In this document: positions 51,244-61,853 of the stretch, piece after piece
How the letters are laid out: the number at the start of each line of letters is the position of its first letter
Position numbering within the stretch: position 1 is the stretch's first letter
NCBI GenBank assembly: GCA_038212275.1
Contig: JBBQUR010000009.1
Coordinates: 32,001-96,000, forward strand
Source of the DNA: Planctomycetota bacterium
Lineage (GTDB): Bacteria > Planctomycetota > B15-G4
Direction: 5' to 3'
Length of the DNA stretch: 64,000 nt
Position numbers and translations under genes: made by a program
The notes under the pieces: model-generated
The model's input: the letters and a program-made list of their open reading frames with translations, nothing else
Database searches by the model: none
Told to the model about the DNA's origin: nothing

Positions 51244-52773
51244 ATGCAACGCCGCCTCCTGATCGCTGCCTTCGCGATGGCCGGCCTTCTGGCCGGGTGG
51301 CCGGGCCCGCAGGGCGCCGTCCTTGCGCAGAGCCGCGGCGCGGCGGGTCGACCCGTCCTGCAGCATTCCTTTCCGCTGGCCGGCAGGCCGCTGGTCATCG
51401 CGGTGGAGGGGCTGATCCCGCACACCGGCGTGGCGCTGCAGCTCCTCGATCCGGCGAATGCGCCGCCCTCCGTCGTGGCCGCGCTGATGCTCGGCGCCGG
51501 CAACGAGCAGTTCCTGAACGGCCTGCTCCAGGGGCCCGACAAGTTCACGACGATCTGGGAGGCGGACGACTTCGGCCGCGTGGTGCTCTCGATTCCGCTG
51601 GAAGACGCGGACGACGCCAACCGCGCGATCACGCTGCTTGCCGCGCCGGTCGCCGGGACGGCCCCCAGCGAGCCGCTGCACCTGCAGGTGCTCCCGCCGA
51701 CGCTGGTGCTGCCCACGCGCGACGGCCTCGTGCGCATCAACCTGCTCGACGGCACGCTGCAGCTCCCGTCCATCCCCTCGGCGGGGGGGCTGCGCGGTGC
51801 GGCGCTGTCCACGGACGGCGTGCTCGGCTACGTGCTGCGCGAGGGCGGGCTGCTCGAGGTCCGCGCCACCCACCAGTGGGATGCCGAACCGCTGTCGCGC
51901 CGCGTGCTCGACCCCGACACGGACATCCTTGCAGGCGGACCGTCGACCGGCGCGGCCTTCGCGCTGGCGCGTCCGTCGGGCCTGCCCTACACGCCGGGGG
52001 CGCGGCTGCAATTCCTCGACGAGGCCTCGGCCGGTCGGGGGCCGCTCTTCCTCGAGCCGATGGGCCAGCTCGTGGCGGGTCGACGCGTCGTCATCACGCC
52101 CGACGGCCTGACGGCCTTCATCGCCGAGGACGATCTCATCGTGCGCGAGATCGATCTGCTGTCGGGCGTCGCGCGCGGCCTGCTCGCCGTGGGGCTCGCC
52201 GGCGATGGCGCCATCAGCGACCTGCTCATCGATGGCCATCAACTGCTGGTCACCACGCGCGGCCCGCTCGGCCGGCGCGGCTCGCTGACCAGCTTCGATC
52301 TCGACGCGGGCCGCCTGTCCGTCCGCGAGCTGGAAGTCGATCCGCTGCGACTGGTCCCGCTGAATGACAGGGTGGCTGGCCGGGCCGCGCCGAATGCCAG
52401 CCGCGTGCTCGTCGTGCCGGCCTCCGGCAGGACCTTCCAGGTGCTTGCCGACGGCGTGCCCGCAGGACGCCAGCTGTCCGACGACGGGCGCTGGCTGGAT
52501 GCGGTGGCCGTGGAGGGCGGCGCGCTGCTGCTGCGCGAGACCGCCAGCGGCGCGCGCGTGCTGGAGCGGTTCGCTCCCGACTCGGGTTTGCGCGAGATCA
52601 CCGCCACAGGGCTGCCGCCCGTGGCGCGCCTCGTCGGCGGCGGCGCGGGCGCGATCGTGCTGCTCGGCGACCCGTCCGGCGCGGTCTACGTGCTCCGGAC
52701 GCCGCGCGGCCAGCCGGAACTGCTGCCGGGCGTGACGGCGCTCCCGGGTGAGACCTTCGCGGTCCTGCCCTGA
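51244..52773 (+). CDS. Secreted hypothetical protein (Ig-like domain plus beta-propeller-like repeats)
   Basis: Signal peptide; blade-like motifs LSTDGVLGYV and ITPDGLTAFI. Confidence 0.65.
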   Translation: MQRRLLIAAFAMAGLLAGWPGPQGAVLAQSRGAAGRPVLQHSFPLAGRPLVIAVEGLIPHTGVALQLLDPANAPPSVVAALMLGAGNEQFLNGLLQGPDKFTTIWEADDFGRVVLSIPLEDADDANRAITLLAAPVAGTAPSEPLHLQVLPPTLVLPTRDGLVRINLLDGTLQLPSIPSAGGLRGAALSTDGVLGYVLREGGLLEVRATHQWDAEPLSRRVLDPDTDILAGGPSTGAAFALARPSGLPYTPGARLQFLDEASAGRGPLFLEPMGQLVAGRRVVITPDGLTAFIAEDDLIVREIDLLSGVARGLLAVGLAGDGAISDLLIDGHQLLVTTRGPLGRRGSLTSFDLDAGRLSVRELEVDPLRLVPLNDRVAGRAAPNASRVLVVPASGRTFQVLADGVPAGRQLSDDGRWLDAVAVEGGALLLRETASGARVLERFAPDSGLREITATGLPPVARLVGGGAGAIVLLGDPSGAVYVLRTPRGQPELLPGVTALPGETFAVLP

Positions 52774-52775
52774 GC

Positions 52776-54182
52776 GTGGCGGTCACGGAGCAGAAGATCA
52801 CGCTGCAGGTCATCCTGCAGTCGCCCGACACGCTGCGCGTGACGCCCTTCAAGGAGGGCTCGGTGCTCGAGAGCACCGTGAAGCCGTCGCGCGTGTGTCC
52901 CTTCCACTCGGGACTCGTGGCGGACCGTGCGCGCGAGATCCTCGCGCTGCTGGCGCGCGCAAACGCGGGCGCCCGCGGCCTGCTGCCGCAGCTCGAGCGC
53001 GCCGGGCAGGCCATCTACATGGATCTGCTGCCGTCCTTCCTCAAGGAGAAGCTGCAGGAGGCCTCGGGCAAGAGCCTCGTGCTGCACCTCGACCGGCCGC
53101 TGCTCGGCATCCCGTGGGAGTTGCTGCACGACGGCGAGGGCTTTCTGGGGCGGCGCTTCCGCATCGGCCGGCTGGTGAGCACGGACCAGGAAGGTAGCGT
53201 CAAGCTGCAGCGCAGCATGCGCGCGCCGCTCACGGCGCTCATCATCGCGGATCCCGCGGGCAACCTGCCCGCTGCGCGACGGGAAGCGGAGGAGCTGGCG
53301 GCCATCCTCGAGGACAGCCCGCTCTACGGGCACGTGACCATGCTCGCCGGCGACGTGTCGGTGCGCACCTTCCTCGACGAGCTGGGCCGGCACGACGTGC
53401 TGCACTATGCGGGCCATGCCGAAGCGGGCGCGCCCAGCGACGGCGGCGGCCGGTTGATCCTGCGCGACGGCACCCTGAGCGCCGGCATGCTCGGTCAGTA
53501 CCGCGGCCGCGTCGACTTTCCGGGCCTGGTTTTCCTCAACGGCTGCAGCAGCTCCGACGACACCGTGCGACTTTCCGCCGGAGGCGATCCGCTGGCCGAT
53601 GTCTCGGGCCTGGCAAGCGCACTGCTGCTCTGCGGCGTGCGGCACGTGGTCGGCACGCTCTGGGAAGTGCGCGACGAGGTCGCGCGCGTGTGCGCCACGA
53701 GCTTCCACCGCGAGCTGGCGCGCGGCGGGACCATCGGCGCGTCGCTCGCGGCCTCGCGCGACGCCACCATCGCGACCTGGGGTGAGGACAGCCTGCTCTG
53801 GGCCGACCACCTGCTCTACGGCGACCCGACCTGGCGCGCCGCGCAGCCCGCCAATGCCGCGCTCGAAGACTTCGACGTGCTCGACGGCCTCGAGCAGAAG
53901 TACCACCGCGAGCTGCTGTCCGAGGACGCCTCGACGCGTCTGCTCGCCGCCGCGATGCTGCTGCGTCTCGGCGACCGCTCCGTGGTGCCGGCGCTGGGCC
54001 GTGACCTCTCGACGCTCGAGTCCTGGCTCGCACCCGATGCGTCGCAGCGCGACCGCCGCCGCGCGGGGCTCGTCGTGCAGGCGCTGGCCGCGGCGGCGGG
54101 CCTTGCGCCCTCGGGCCCGCCGGACCAGCTGCCCGATGCGGCCGCCGTGCGCACGCTGGTCGTGCGGCTGCTGCGCGGCTGA
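52776..54182 (+). CDS. CHAT-domain (caspase-like) protein
   Basis: IPWELLHDG, ADPAGNLPAARREAE, LHYAGH (catalytic His), VFLNGC (catalytic Cys), VVGTLWEV.D and LYGDP motifs. Confidence 0.9.
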   Translation: MAVTEQKITLQVILQSPDTLRVTPFKEGSVLESTVKPSRVCPFHSGLVADRAREILALLARANAGARGLLPQLERAGQAIYMDLLPSFLKEKLQEASGKSLVLHLDRPLLGIPWELLHDGEGFLGRRFRIGRLVSTDQEGSVKLQRSMRAPLTALIIADPAGNLPAARREAEELAAILEDSPLYGHVTMLAGDVSVRTFLDELGRHDVLHYAGHAEAGAPSDGGGRLILRDGTLSAGMLGQYRGRVDFPGLVFLNGCSSSDDTVRLSAGGDPLADVSGLASALLLCGVRHVVGTLWEVRDEVARVCATSFHRELARGGTIGASLAASRDATIATWGEDSLLWADHLLYGDPTWRAAQPANAALEDFDVLDGLEQKYHRELLSEDASTRLLAAAMLLRLGDRSVVPALGRDLSTLESWLAPDASQRDRRRAGLVVQALAAAAGLAPSGPPDQLPDAAAVRTLVVRLLRG

Positions 54183-54326
54183 AACCCGCCGCCCCGGCGG
54201 CTCGGCGCCGCCCGCGCGGCCCCCGGCGAGCGACGCGGCCCGGCGGGTCGACGTGTTGGCCCGGGCGCGGCTCCTCGGCTACTCTGCCCGGCCGCCCGCG
54301 CGCGCCGACCGTCCCCGGATGACCTC

Positions 54327-55088
54327 ATGACCCTGCTCGAACACGACAAGGACGCCTTCGAGTCGGAGCACTACGACCGCAAATACTTCGAGGGCCACGT
54401 CGTGCGCTACGAGCGCGGCGTCTACCGCCAGCGCGTCCAGAGCGTCATGCGCTTCATGGGGGACGTGGCCGGCAAGCGCGTGCTGGACCTCGGTTGCGGA
54501 GTGGGCTTCTTCGGCGGCGAGGCGGCGCGGCGCGGCGGGCGCGTCACGGGCCTGGACTTCTCCGCGATGGCGCTGGAGATCTGCCACCAGCGGCTGCCCG
54601 AGATCCGCCTCGTGCGCGCCGACGCGACGAAGCTGCCCTTCGGCAACGCGCGTTTCGACGTCGTGCTGGTCAACGACATCATCGAGCACCTCGCCGAGGA
54701 GCCGGGCCGGCAGATGATGGCCGACGTGCACCGCGTGCTCGCGCCCGGCGGCCGCCTCGTGCTGGACACCGACAACGACGCCTTCCTGTTCCACAAGAAG
54801 GGCTTCCGGCGCCTGAACGACTGGCTCGAGAAGGACACGCCGCAGCGCGTCGAGCTGCGCGAGATCAAGAAGACCTTCAACGCGCCGACGCTGCACATCA
54901 AGATCTACTCGGTGGAGGAAATGCGCGCGCTGCTGGAGTCGGTCGGCTTCACGATCGAGTCCTTCGACACCTACACCTACATCGACGCGCCGGGCCGCGA
55001 CCGCCTTCTCAACCTGCCCGTCATCGCGAGCCTTTTCCGCAGCGTGAAGGGCGACGTGCAGATCTTCGCCGCGCGCAAGAAGGCGTGA
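54327..55088 (+). CDS. Class I SAM-dependent methyltransferase
   Basis: VLDLGCGVG, GLDFS, ADATKLPF...FDVV..IIEH and RVLAPGG motifs. Confidence 0.9.
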   Translation: MTLLEHDKDAFESEHYDRKYFEGHVVRYERGVYRQRVQSVMRFMGDVAGKRVLDLGCGVGFFGGEAARRGGRVTGLDFSAMALEICHQRLPEIRLVRADATKLPFGNARFDVVLVNDIIEHLAEEPGRQMMADVHRVLAPGGRLVLDTDNDAFLFHKKGFRRLNDWLEKDTPQRVELREIKKTFNAPTLHIKIYSVEEMRALLESVGFTIESFDTYTYIDAPGRDRLLNLPVIASLFRSVKGDVQIFAARKKA

Positions 55089-55164
55089 GCGCGACCCGCT
55101 CGCAGTCCGCGGGGCGACCGCAGCCTGCTGGGCGCCGCAACGCGCCGCGCACGGAGACAGCCGC

Positions 55165-55635
55165 ATGAGCGTCCCGCACATCCCCGCCGGCTATCACGCC
55201 GTGACGCCGTACCTCGTCGTGAACGGCGCGGCCAGCGCGATCGACTTCTACAAGCGCGCGTTCGGCGCCGTCGAGTTGATGCGCGTGGACGGGCCCGCCG
55301 GACGCATCGGCCACGCGGAACTGCTCCTCGGCGACAGTCACGTGATGCTCGCCGACGAATTTCCGGAAATGGGTTTTCGCGGCCCGGCTTCCTACGGCGG
55401 CACGCCCGTGCTCCTGATGCTCTACGTGCGCGACGTCGACACGCAATGCCGGCTCGCCATCGAAGCCGGCGCCAAGGTGCTGCGCCCACTGGCCAATCAG
55501 TTCTACGGCGACCGCACGGTGACCTTCCTCGACCCCTTCGGCCATATCTGGACCGTCGCGACCCACATCGAAGACGTCCCCCCGGACGAGCTGGCGCGCC
55601 GCGCGGCGGCGCAGGCGCAGCCCTCCGCGGACTGA
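55165..55635 (+). CDS. VOC / glyoxalase (PhnB-like) protein
   Basis: VTPYLVV..A..AIDFY..AFGA, HAEL..GDS and QFYGDR...DPFGHIW motifs; GGAG SD. Confidence 0.92.
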   Translation: MSVPHIPAGYHAVTPYLVVNGAASAIDFYKRAFGAVELMRVDGPAGRIGHAELLLGDSHVMLADEFPEMGFRGPASYGGTPVLLMLYVRDVDTQCRLAIEAGAKVLRPLANQFYGDRTVTFLDPFGHIWTVATHIEDVPPDELARRAAAQAQPSAD

Positions 55636-55887
55636 GGGCGCTGCGAAGGTGGGGTGCGAAGGTGCGCTGCGGACTGGGCGCGCCGCGGCGTCGTCGGCGC
55701 GACCGAGCGGGGTTCGGCGCACGCGGGTGCGGCCCTGACTGCCGGAGCCGGCGCCCTGACTTCTTGAAGGGTGAAGTTTGCATCAGCGGTGCATAGGATC
55801 ACCGCGCGCCGGGAGGCGGCGCCTCGTCATCACGCGACCTTCCGCGTCCACGCGACGCGCACGGCGCAGCCAGTGAGGAAGCACGTC

Positions 55888-56592
55888 ATGTCACTCATGA
55901 AGCGGTCGGCAGCGGAACTCTTCGGAACCTTCTGGCTCGTGCTCGGCGGCTGCGGTGCCGCGGTGCTGGCCGCCGGCGTCCCCGGAGTGGGTATCGGCTG
56001 GCTCGGCGTGGCCTTCGCCTTCGGCCTCACCGTGCTCACGATGGCCTTCGCCATCGGTCACGTCTCCGGTTGCCACCTCAACCCCGCCGTGTCCGTGGGG
56101 CTTGTCGCGGGCGGCCGCTTCAAGGCCGCCGACCTGCCGGCCTACGTGGTCGCGCAGCTGATCGGCGCCGTGCTCGCCGCCTGGGTGCTCACGATGATCG
56201 CCGGCGGCAAGTCCGGTTTCGACGTGGTGAGCTCGGGTCTCGCCGCCAACGGCTACGGCGAGCACTCGCCCGGCGGCTACAGCCAGGCGGCTGGCTTCCT
56301 GTGCGAGGTCGTCATGACCGGCATGTTTCTCTTCATCATCATGGGCGCCACCGACAAGCGCGCGCCGGCGGGCCTCGCGCCGATCGCCATCGGCCTCGGC
56401 CTCACGCTGATCCACCTCATCAGCATTCCGGTGACCAACACCTCGGTGAACCCCGCGCGCAGCACGGGACCCGCGCTCTTCGTGGGCGGCTGGGCGCTGC
56501 AGCAGCTCTGGCTCTTCTGGGTCGCGCCGATTCTCGGTGCGCTCATCGGTGCCGTGGCCTACCGTGGTATCTGCAGCGAAGAACGGAGCTGA
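55888..56592 (+). CDS. aqpZ: Aquaporin Z
   Basis: [36 protein letters not shown] and [13 protein letters not shown] motifs. Confidence 0.96.
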   Translation: MSLMKRSAAELFGTFWLVLGGCGAAVLAAGVPGVGIGWLGVAFAFGLTVLTMAFAIGHVSGCHLNPAVSVGLVAGGRFKAADLPAYVVAQLIGAVLAAWVLTMIAGGKSGFDVVSSGLAANGYGEHSPGGYSQAAGFLCEVVMTGMFLFIIMGATDKRAPAGLAPIAIGLGLTLIHLISIPVTNTSVNPARSTGPALFVGGWALQQLWLFWVAPILGALIGAVAYRGICSEERS

Positions 56593-56656
56593 GGGAGAGA
56601 CGCGCCTGGGGAGCCTGGAGCGCTGTTCCGCTTGGCAGGGAGCTACCCTTCGGGTC

Positions 56657-56854
56657 GAGGGGTGGAGAGTCGTGTGGGGCGGTGAGTGCGCCGGGTCGGG
56701 AGGATTGTCAGGCGCTGCGCCCGTGGGGCAACGGGACGCGTGGGAATTCCGGGAGCGGCGCCCTTCGCGCCGGACAAACCTCCCGACCCGGCGCACGCCG
56801 ACGCACGCGGTTCCGTGCCATCCGAAGCGGGGCTGCTCCCGGCCTGCGCTTCAC
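56657..56854 (+). repeat. Palindromic repeat element, copy 1 (MITE/REP-like)
   Basis: Perfect 18-bp stem 56686-56703 / 56779-56796; similar to the reverse complement of 57100-57298. Confidence 0.85.
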
Positions 56855-57099
56855 TGCGCTTCACGCGCGTCGTTTTGCGTGGAACGCATGCTTCGCAGCG
56901 AAGTGGTCGTGAACTCGGTATGCGGTTGAGCAGCGCATGATCCGCAACCATGCATCGCCAGCTTGTGGAGCTCACCAGCTCCACGACCTCCACGACTGAC
57001 AGCTCTGCGGTCATTCGTCCTGCCAACCTCGGCGCCCGCGGAGCACCCCGGGGCAGCTCGCAGTCCCAACCTTCCTCTCAGCGGGCGCGGGGCGGCGTC

Positions 57100-57335
57100 G
57101 TGGAGCGTAAGCACCAGGAGTGCTGACCGCCTCGCCCGGCACGGAAAAACGTGCGTCGGCGTGCGCGGGACGGGAGGTTTGTCCGGCGCGAAGGGCGCCG
57201 CTCCGGGAACCATCACGCGTCCAGTTGCCCCAGGGGCGCAGCGCCGGACAACCCTCCCGGCCCGCGCACTCACCGCTCCCCACGACTCCCGCCCCCTGCG
57301 CTTCCGTGCGGTCAGCACTCCCGGCGCGCACGCCG
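57100..57335 (-). repeat. Palindromic repeat element, copy 2 (inverted relative to copy 1)
   Basis: Stem 57161-57189 / 57241-57269, inside an outer perfect 14-bp inverted repeat ggagtgctgaccgc (57117-30) / gcggtcagcactcc (57308-21). Confidence 0.85.
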
Positions 57336-57360
57336 AACAAAGCCGTCCCGACCCAGCGCC

Positions 57361-59370
57361 CTACTCTCGGTGCTGCACCGAAATCATCTGCGCATACAAC
57401 CCGCGCTGCGCGATGAGTTCGTCGTGGGTGCCGCGCTCGCGGATGCGGCCGCGCTCGAGTACGAGGATCAGGTCCGCGTCGCGGATGGTGGAGAGGCGGT
57501 GCGCGATGACCACGGTGGTGCGCCCGGCCTTGAGGTGGTTGATGGCGTCCTGCACGAGGGCCTCGCTCGCGGTGTCGAGGGCGGAGGTGGCCTCGTCGAG
57601 GATCAGGATGGGGGCGTCCTTCAGGAGCGCGCGCGCGATCGCGACGCGCTGGCGTTCGCCGCCGGAGAGTTTCAGGCCGCGCTCGCCGATCTCGGTCTCG
57701 TAGCCCTCGGGCATGCGCATGATGAAGTCGTGCGCGTTGGCGGCCTTGGCGGCGCGCACGATGTCTTCCATGGGCGTCTGCGGGCGGCCGTAGGCGATGT
57801 TGTGCGCGATCGTGTCGCGGAAGAGCACCGTGTCCTGCGTCACGACCGCGATCTGCTGGCGCAGCGAGGCCAGCGTGATCGTGCGCACGTCGCGACCGTC
57901 GATGAGCGCGGCGCCGGCGTCCACGTCGAAGAAGCGCGGGATGAGGTCGCCCAGCGTGCTCTTGCCCGAGCCGGTCGGTCCGACGAGCGCCAGCGTGTGG
58001 CCCTTGGGCAGCTCGAAGTCGATGTCGCGCAGCACCGGGTGGTCGGGGTCGTGGTCGTAGCTGACGCCGCGGAAGGCCAGGCTTGTGTGCAGGCCGTCGA
58101 TGGCGACCGCGTCCGGCGCGTCGACGATCTCGGGCTCGCTGTAGAGCATCGTCGCGACGCGATCCGCCGAAGAGAGGCCGGCGTTGAGTTTGCTGTTCGT
58201 GTCGCCGAGCCGGCGCATCGCGGCGACGGCCTGCACCAGCAGCAGGATGATCGCGAAGAAGCTGCCTTTCTCCCAGCGGCCGTCGATGACCTGCAGGCCG
58301 CCGAAGTAGACCAGCATCGCGACGCCGAGCATGCCGAGGATCTCGACCACCGGCTCGACACGCGCGCGCAGCTTGGCCGCCTGCTTGCGTCCGTCGGTGT
58401 AGGCGAGGTCCACCTTGCGGAAGCGCTCGCGCTCGAACTGCTCGGCATTGAAGGCCTTGACGATCTTCTGCGAGCCGAGCGTCTCCGACAGGCTCATGAA
58501 GAGCGTGCCCATGCGTGACTGGTTGCTGCCTTCCTTGCGCCGGATGCGGCGGCTGATCCGCTGCACGGGCACGAAGCTCATCACCGCGATGGCCAGGCCG
58601 GCCAGCACCACCGAGCCGCCCTGCACCCACAGGTAGCAGAGCGCGCCGATGAGCGTGAAGAAGTCCGTGGTGAAGTCCACGGTGACGTCCACGAGCATCG
58701 TGCCGAGGTTGTTCAGGTCGTTGGTCAGCCGCGACATGAGCTTGCCGCTGTGATTCGACTGGAAGAAGCGCATCGAGAAGGTCATGAGCCGGTCGAAGAG
58801 CGCGATGCGGATCGTGCTCACGATGTCCAGCGACACGCTGCGCATGAGCAGCTTCTGGCTGTATTTGTTGGCCTGCTCCACCAGCGACAGCAGCACCATG
58901 CCACCGGCGGCGAGCAGCAGTTGCCGCTGCGCCGGCACACCCTGCCAGCTCGCATCGGCCATGCCGCGCGCGATGGCAAGGTGCGTGGCGATGCGCCGGC
59001 CCGTCGAGGCCGGATCGCCCCAGGCGCTGGCATGCGCCACGCCGGCAGCCAGGTGGGACATGACCGGAGCGATCCGGCCCGCACCCTGGTCCATGATCGG
59101 CTCGAGTACGCGCTGAAGAATGAAGACGTAGCCGAGCTTCGCCGCGGCGGCCAGCGCCGACATGCTGAGCGCCGCGATGAGGCCCGACCGGAAGGGCTTC
59201 ACGAAGGAGAAGAGCCGGCGGTAGATGGCGGGCTGGCTCTCGTCGTCCGGGTCGCGGCCGGTGAGCAGGTCGCGCAGGCCGTACTTGCGGCCGCGGGTCT
59301 TGAGCCGGCGCGCCTCCAGCGCGTCGATGTCCTCCACGATCACGTTCGGTCGGGGAGGCGGCTTCACCAT
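57361..59370 (-). CDS. ABC exporter, fused permease/ATPase (MsbA-like)
   Basis: TM domain with SGKLMSRLTND; ATPase motifs GPTGSGKS, LSGGERQRVAIAR, LDEATSALD and IAHRLST. Confidence 0.92.
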   Translation of the reverse strand: MVKPPPRPNVIVEDIDALEARRLKTRGRKYGLRDLLTGRDPDDESQPAIYRRLFSFVKPFRSGLIAALSMSALAAAAKLGYVFILQRVLEPIMDQGAGRIAPVMSHLAAGVAHASAWGDPASTGRRIATHLAIARGMADASWQGVPAQRQLLLAAGGMVLLSLVEQANKYSQKLLMRSVSLDIVSTIRIALFDRLMTFSMRFFQSNHSGKLMSRLTNDLNNLGTMLVDVTVDFTTDFFTLIGALCYLWVQGGSVVLAGLAIAVMSFVPVQRISRRIRRKEGSNQSRMGTLFMSLSETLGSQKIVKAFNAEQFERERFRKVDLAYTDGRKQAAKLRARVEPVVEILGMLGVAMLVYFGGLQVIDGRWEKGSFFAIILLLVQAVAAMRRLGDTNSKLNAGLSSADRVATMLYSEPEIVDAPDAVAIDGLHTSLAFRGVSYDHDPDHPVLRDIDFELPKGHTLALVGPTGSGKSTLGDLIPRFFDVDAGAALIDGRDVRTITLASLRQQIAVVTQDTVLFRDTIAHNIAYGRPQTPMEDIVRAAKAANAHDFIMRMPEGYETEIGERGLKLSGGERQRVAIARALLKDAPILILDEATSALDTASEALVQDAINHLKAGRTTVVIAHRLSTIRDADLILVLERGRIRERGTHDELIAQRGLYAQMISVQHRE

Positions 59371-59460
59371 GTCGTGTCGTCGATCCCGGACGGGGGCATC
59401 TCGCGAGCGGTCGCCTGTCGAGCGACGAAGGGTCGAGACACGGTACGCTAGCAAGCTCCC

Positions 59461-60228
59461 ATGGGAAGCGTCATCACCGAGGCTCTGGCCCTGCGTCGCA
59501 CGCCGTTTGGCGAGTCGAGCCAGGTTGCGGAGTTCATGACCCCCGACCACGGCCGCGTGTCGCTGATCCTCAAGGGCGTCCATCGCGACAAGAGCCGGCT
59601 GGGGGGCAGCGTGGACCTGCTCGACCACTGCCGGCTGACCTATCACCAGCGGCGCGGCAGCCGGTCGCTGCAGCCGCTGCGTGAGCGGCAGCTGCTGAGC
59701 CACCACGCCGGGATGCGTTCGCGCGACGATCTCGCCGCCGCGGGTTTCTGGCTGCTGGAACTGCTGCGCGCGCTGGCCCCCGAGGGGCAGCCGATGCCGC
59801 AGCTCTTCCACCACGCGCTGCACGTCATCCAGGCGCTGGACACCCGTCCGCCTCGCGCCGTGGTGCCCGCGCTGCAGTTTGCTCTCGAAGGGGGCTTCCT
59901 TAGAATGACCGGGTTCGAGCCTGTGCTGGACCGGTGCGTGTCGTGCGACCGACGTCCTTCCGGGCATCGGGCGCTGCGCTTCGACCCGGGGCGCAGCGGG
60001 ATCGTGTGTTCGGCATGTCGCCAGTCCGACGGCGATTCGGTTCCTCTGTCCGCAGCCGCGGCCAGGCTGGCCGGCCAACTGGCCGGAAGCGATCCGCGGC
60101 AGCTCCTCGACGTGATCGTGCCCCCGGAGATCGAGATCGACGTGCGCCGCCTCTACCATCGCCACTGGCTGCACGTGCTCGAGCGCCGTCCGCGCTGCCA
60201 GCCGCTCGCGCTCGGCGGAGGGAGCTGA
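59461..60228 (+). CDS. recO: DNA repair protein RecO
   Basis: EALALRR.PFGESS.V...T.DHGRV...KG N-terminus; zinc finger GFEPVLDRCVSC...GIVCSAC. Confidence 0.9.
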   Translation: MGSVITEALALRRTPFGESSQVAEFMTPDHGRVSLILKGVHRDKSRLGGSVDLLDHCRLTYHQRRGSRSLQPLRERQLLSHHAGMRSRDDLAAAGFWLLELLRALAPEGQPMPQLFHHALHVIQALDTRPPRAVVPALQFALEGGFLRMTGFEPVLDRCVSCDRRPSGHRALRFDPGRSGIVCSACRQSDGDSVPLSAAAARLAGQLAGSDPRQLLDVIVPPEIEIDVRRLYHRHWLHVLERRPRCQPLALGGGS

Positions 60229-60232
60229 GGTC

Positions 60233-61255
60233 ATGTTGCGTCCGTCGGCTGGTTGCGGAGTTCTCATCGCGCTGCTGCTCGCGGCCGCCGGTTGCGTGAG
60301 CGAGCCGCTCGGCGACGTGAAGACGGCGATGGCCCGCGTGGAGGCTCTGAAAGCCGAGGGCGACACCGACGGCGTCGCGGAGCTGGGAGGGCGCCTCTCC
60401 GAAGCCAAGGACGCACCGCCGGCGGACCGCGCCGAGGCGGCCTTTCTCTCGGGCGAGGCCTACTACGAGCTCGGCGAGCTGGGCAAGGCCTTCCAGCACT
60501 ACCGCTACGTGCTGGAGAACGCGCCCTGGTCGACGCACGCCGCGGAGATCGAGACGCGGCTCTTCGCCATCGGCCAGGCCTACTTCGACGACCCGGAGTA
60601 CGGCGGCTGGTTCTCGGACCGCGCGCGCGGCGTCGAGGTCATGGAGACGCTGCAGGCGCACTTCCGCACGTCGGAGCGCGCCGACGACGCGCTCAAGCTC
60701 GTCGGCGACTACTTTGCCCGCGACGACGTGGCGGAGTACGGCGAGGCCTCGCTGGTCTACGAGCGCGTGGCCGAGGAATACCCCGCCAGCGAATGGGCCG
60801 AGCGCTGCCTCTGGCTGGCCGGGCACTGCAACCTGCTGCTGGCCGGCGGCCCGGAGTACGACCGCAACGACCTGCTGCGCGCCCGCAACCTGCTCGACCG
60901 TTCGCTCAAGCGCTACCCCCGCGGCGTCGCCGCCCAGTCGTCGAAGGACGACCTGGCCATCGTCATCGACGAGCTGGCCCAGGCCGAGCTCTACGTGGCC
61001 GATTTCTACGCACGGCGCGGCTCCACCACGGGAGAGGTCATCCGACTGGCCAACGCCGCCCTGCTCTACCCGGAGACGGCCTCCGGCCAGCAGGCGATCG
61101 CCCGGCTGCTGGCCATGGACATCAACCCGGAGAGCCTGCGGAACGACCCGCGCCGGCAGTCGTTGGACACCGTCCGGGTGAGCCGGCCCGCATGGGCCCA
61201 GGCCAAGGAAAAGATCAAGGACAAGGACAAGGGGAAGGACACGCTCTTCCCGTGA
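60233..61255 (+). CDS. bamD: Outer-membrane assembly lipoprotein BamD-like (TPR)
   Basis: Lipobox LAAAGC; TPR helices; EEYPASEW, GPEYD and LAQAELYVADFY motifs. Confidence 0.75.
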   Translation: MLRPSAGCGVLIALLLAAAGCVSEPLGDVKTAMARVEALKAEGDTDGVAELGGRLSEAKDAPPADRAEAAFLSGEAYYELGELGKAFQHYRYVLENAPWSTHAAEIETRLFAIGQAYFDDPEYGGWFSDRARGVEVMETLQAHFRTSERADDALKLVGDYFARDDVAEYGEASLVYERVAEEYPASEWAERCLWLAGHCNLLLAGGPEYDRNDLLRARNLLDRSLKRYPRGVAAQSSKDDLAIVIDELAQAELYVADFYARRGSTTGEVIRLANAALLYPETASGQQAIARLLAMDINPESLRNDPRRQSLDTVRVSRPAWAQAKEKIKDKDKGKDTLFP

Positions 61256-61853
61256 GCCGAGCCGCAGACGCCATCTCGAGGTCCTTCGCAGGCAGGGCAG
61301 CTGCAGGCCGGCCCGGGGGCCCAGCCCGGCGGCGGGGTGCGGCAGCCGCGCTCGCGCTCTACCTCGCGCCCCTTCTCGCGCCCCTTCTCGCGCCCCTTCT
61401 CGCGCTGGCCTCCGGCTGCGTCAGCATGCACAAGGGCGACCTCTACCCGGACGACCGCGACCGGGTCTTCGTGGCCTTCTTCACCAACGAGACCTTCTAT
61501 CGCGACGTCGAGTTCGAGCTCACCAACCAGGTCGTGGCCGAGGTCCTCTCAAGCCCGGGCCTGCACTTGTCGAGCATGGAAGAGGCCGATGTCGTGCTGA
61601 CCGGTCGCGTGCTCCGCGTCCGCCAGCACGTGCTATCGGAGAATCAGCAGCAGACCCCGACCTCATCCAGCACCTCCATCACCGTCGAAGTCATCGTCAC
61701 GGACGCCCGCACCGGCGAGGTGATCAGGAAAAAGAAGATGTCCCAGCAAGGCCAGTTCGTTCCCGCCCTGGGTCAGGACATCGAGACGGCACGGCGCGAG
61801 GCGTACTACTTTCTGGCACGTGACATCGTGCGGGTGCTCGAGGAGGACTTCTG

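Noticed and set aside
56643..57416. Short ORFs in the aqpZ-ABC exporter gap, including two similar peptides on opposite strands
   Set aside because: Their similarity comes from the inverted DNA repeat. There is no coding signature or transposase motif.
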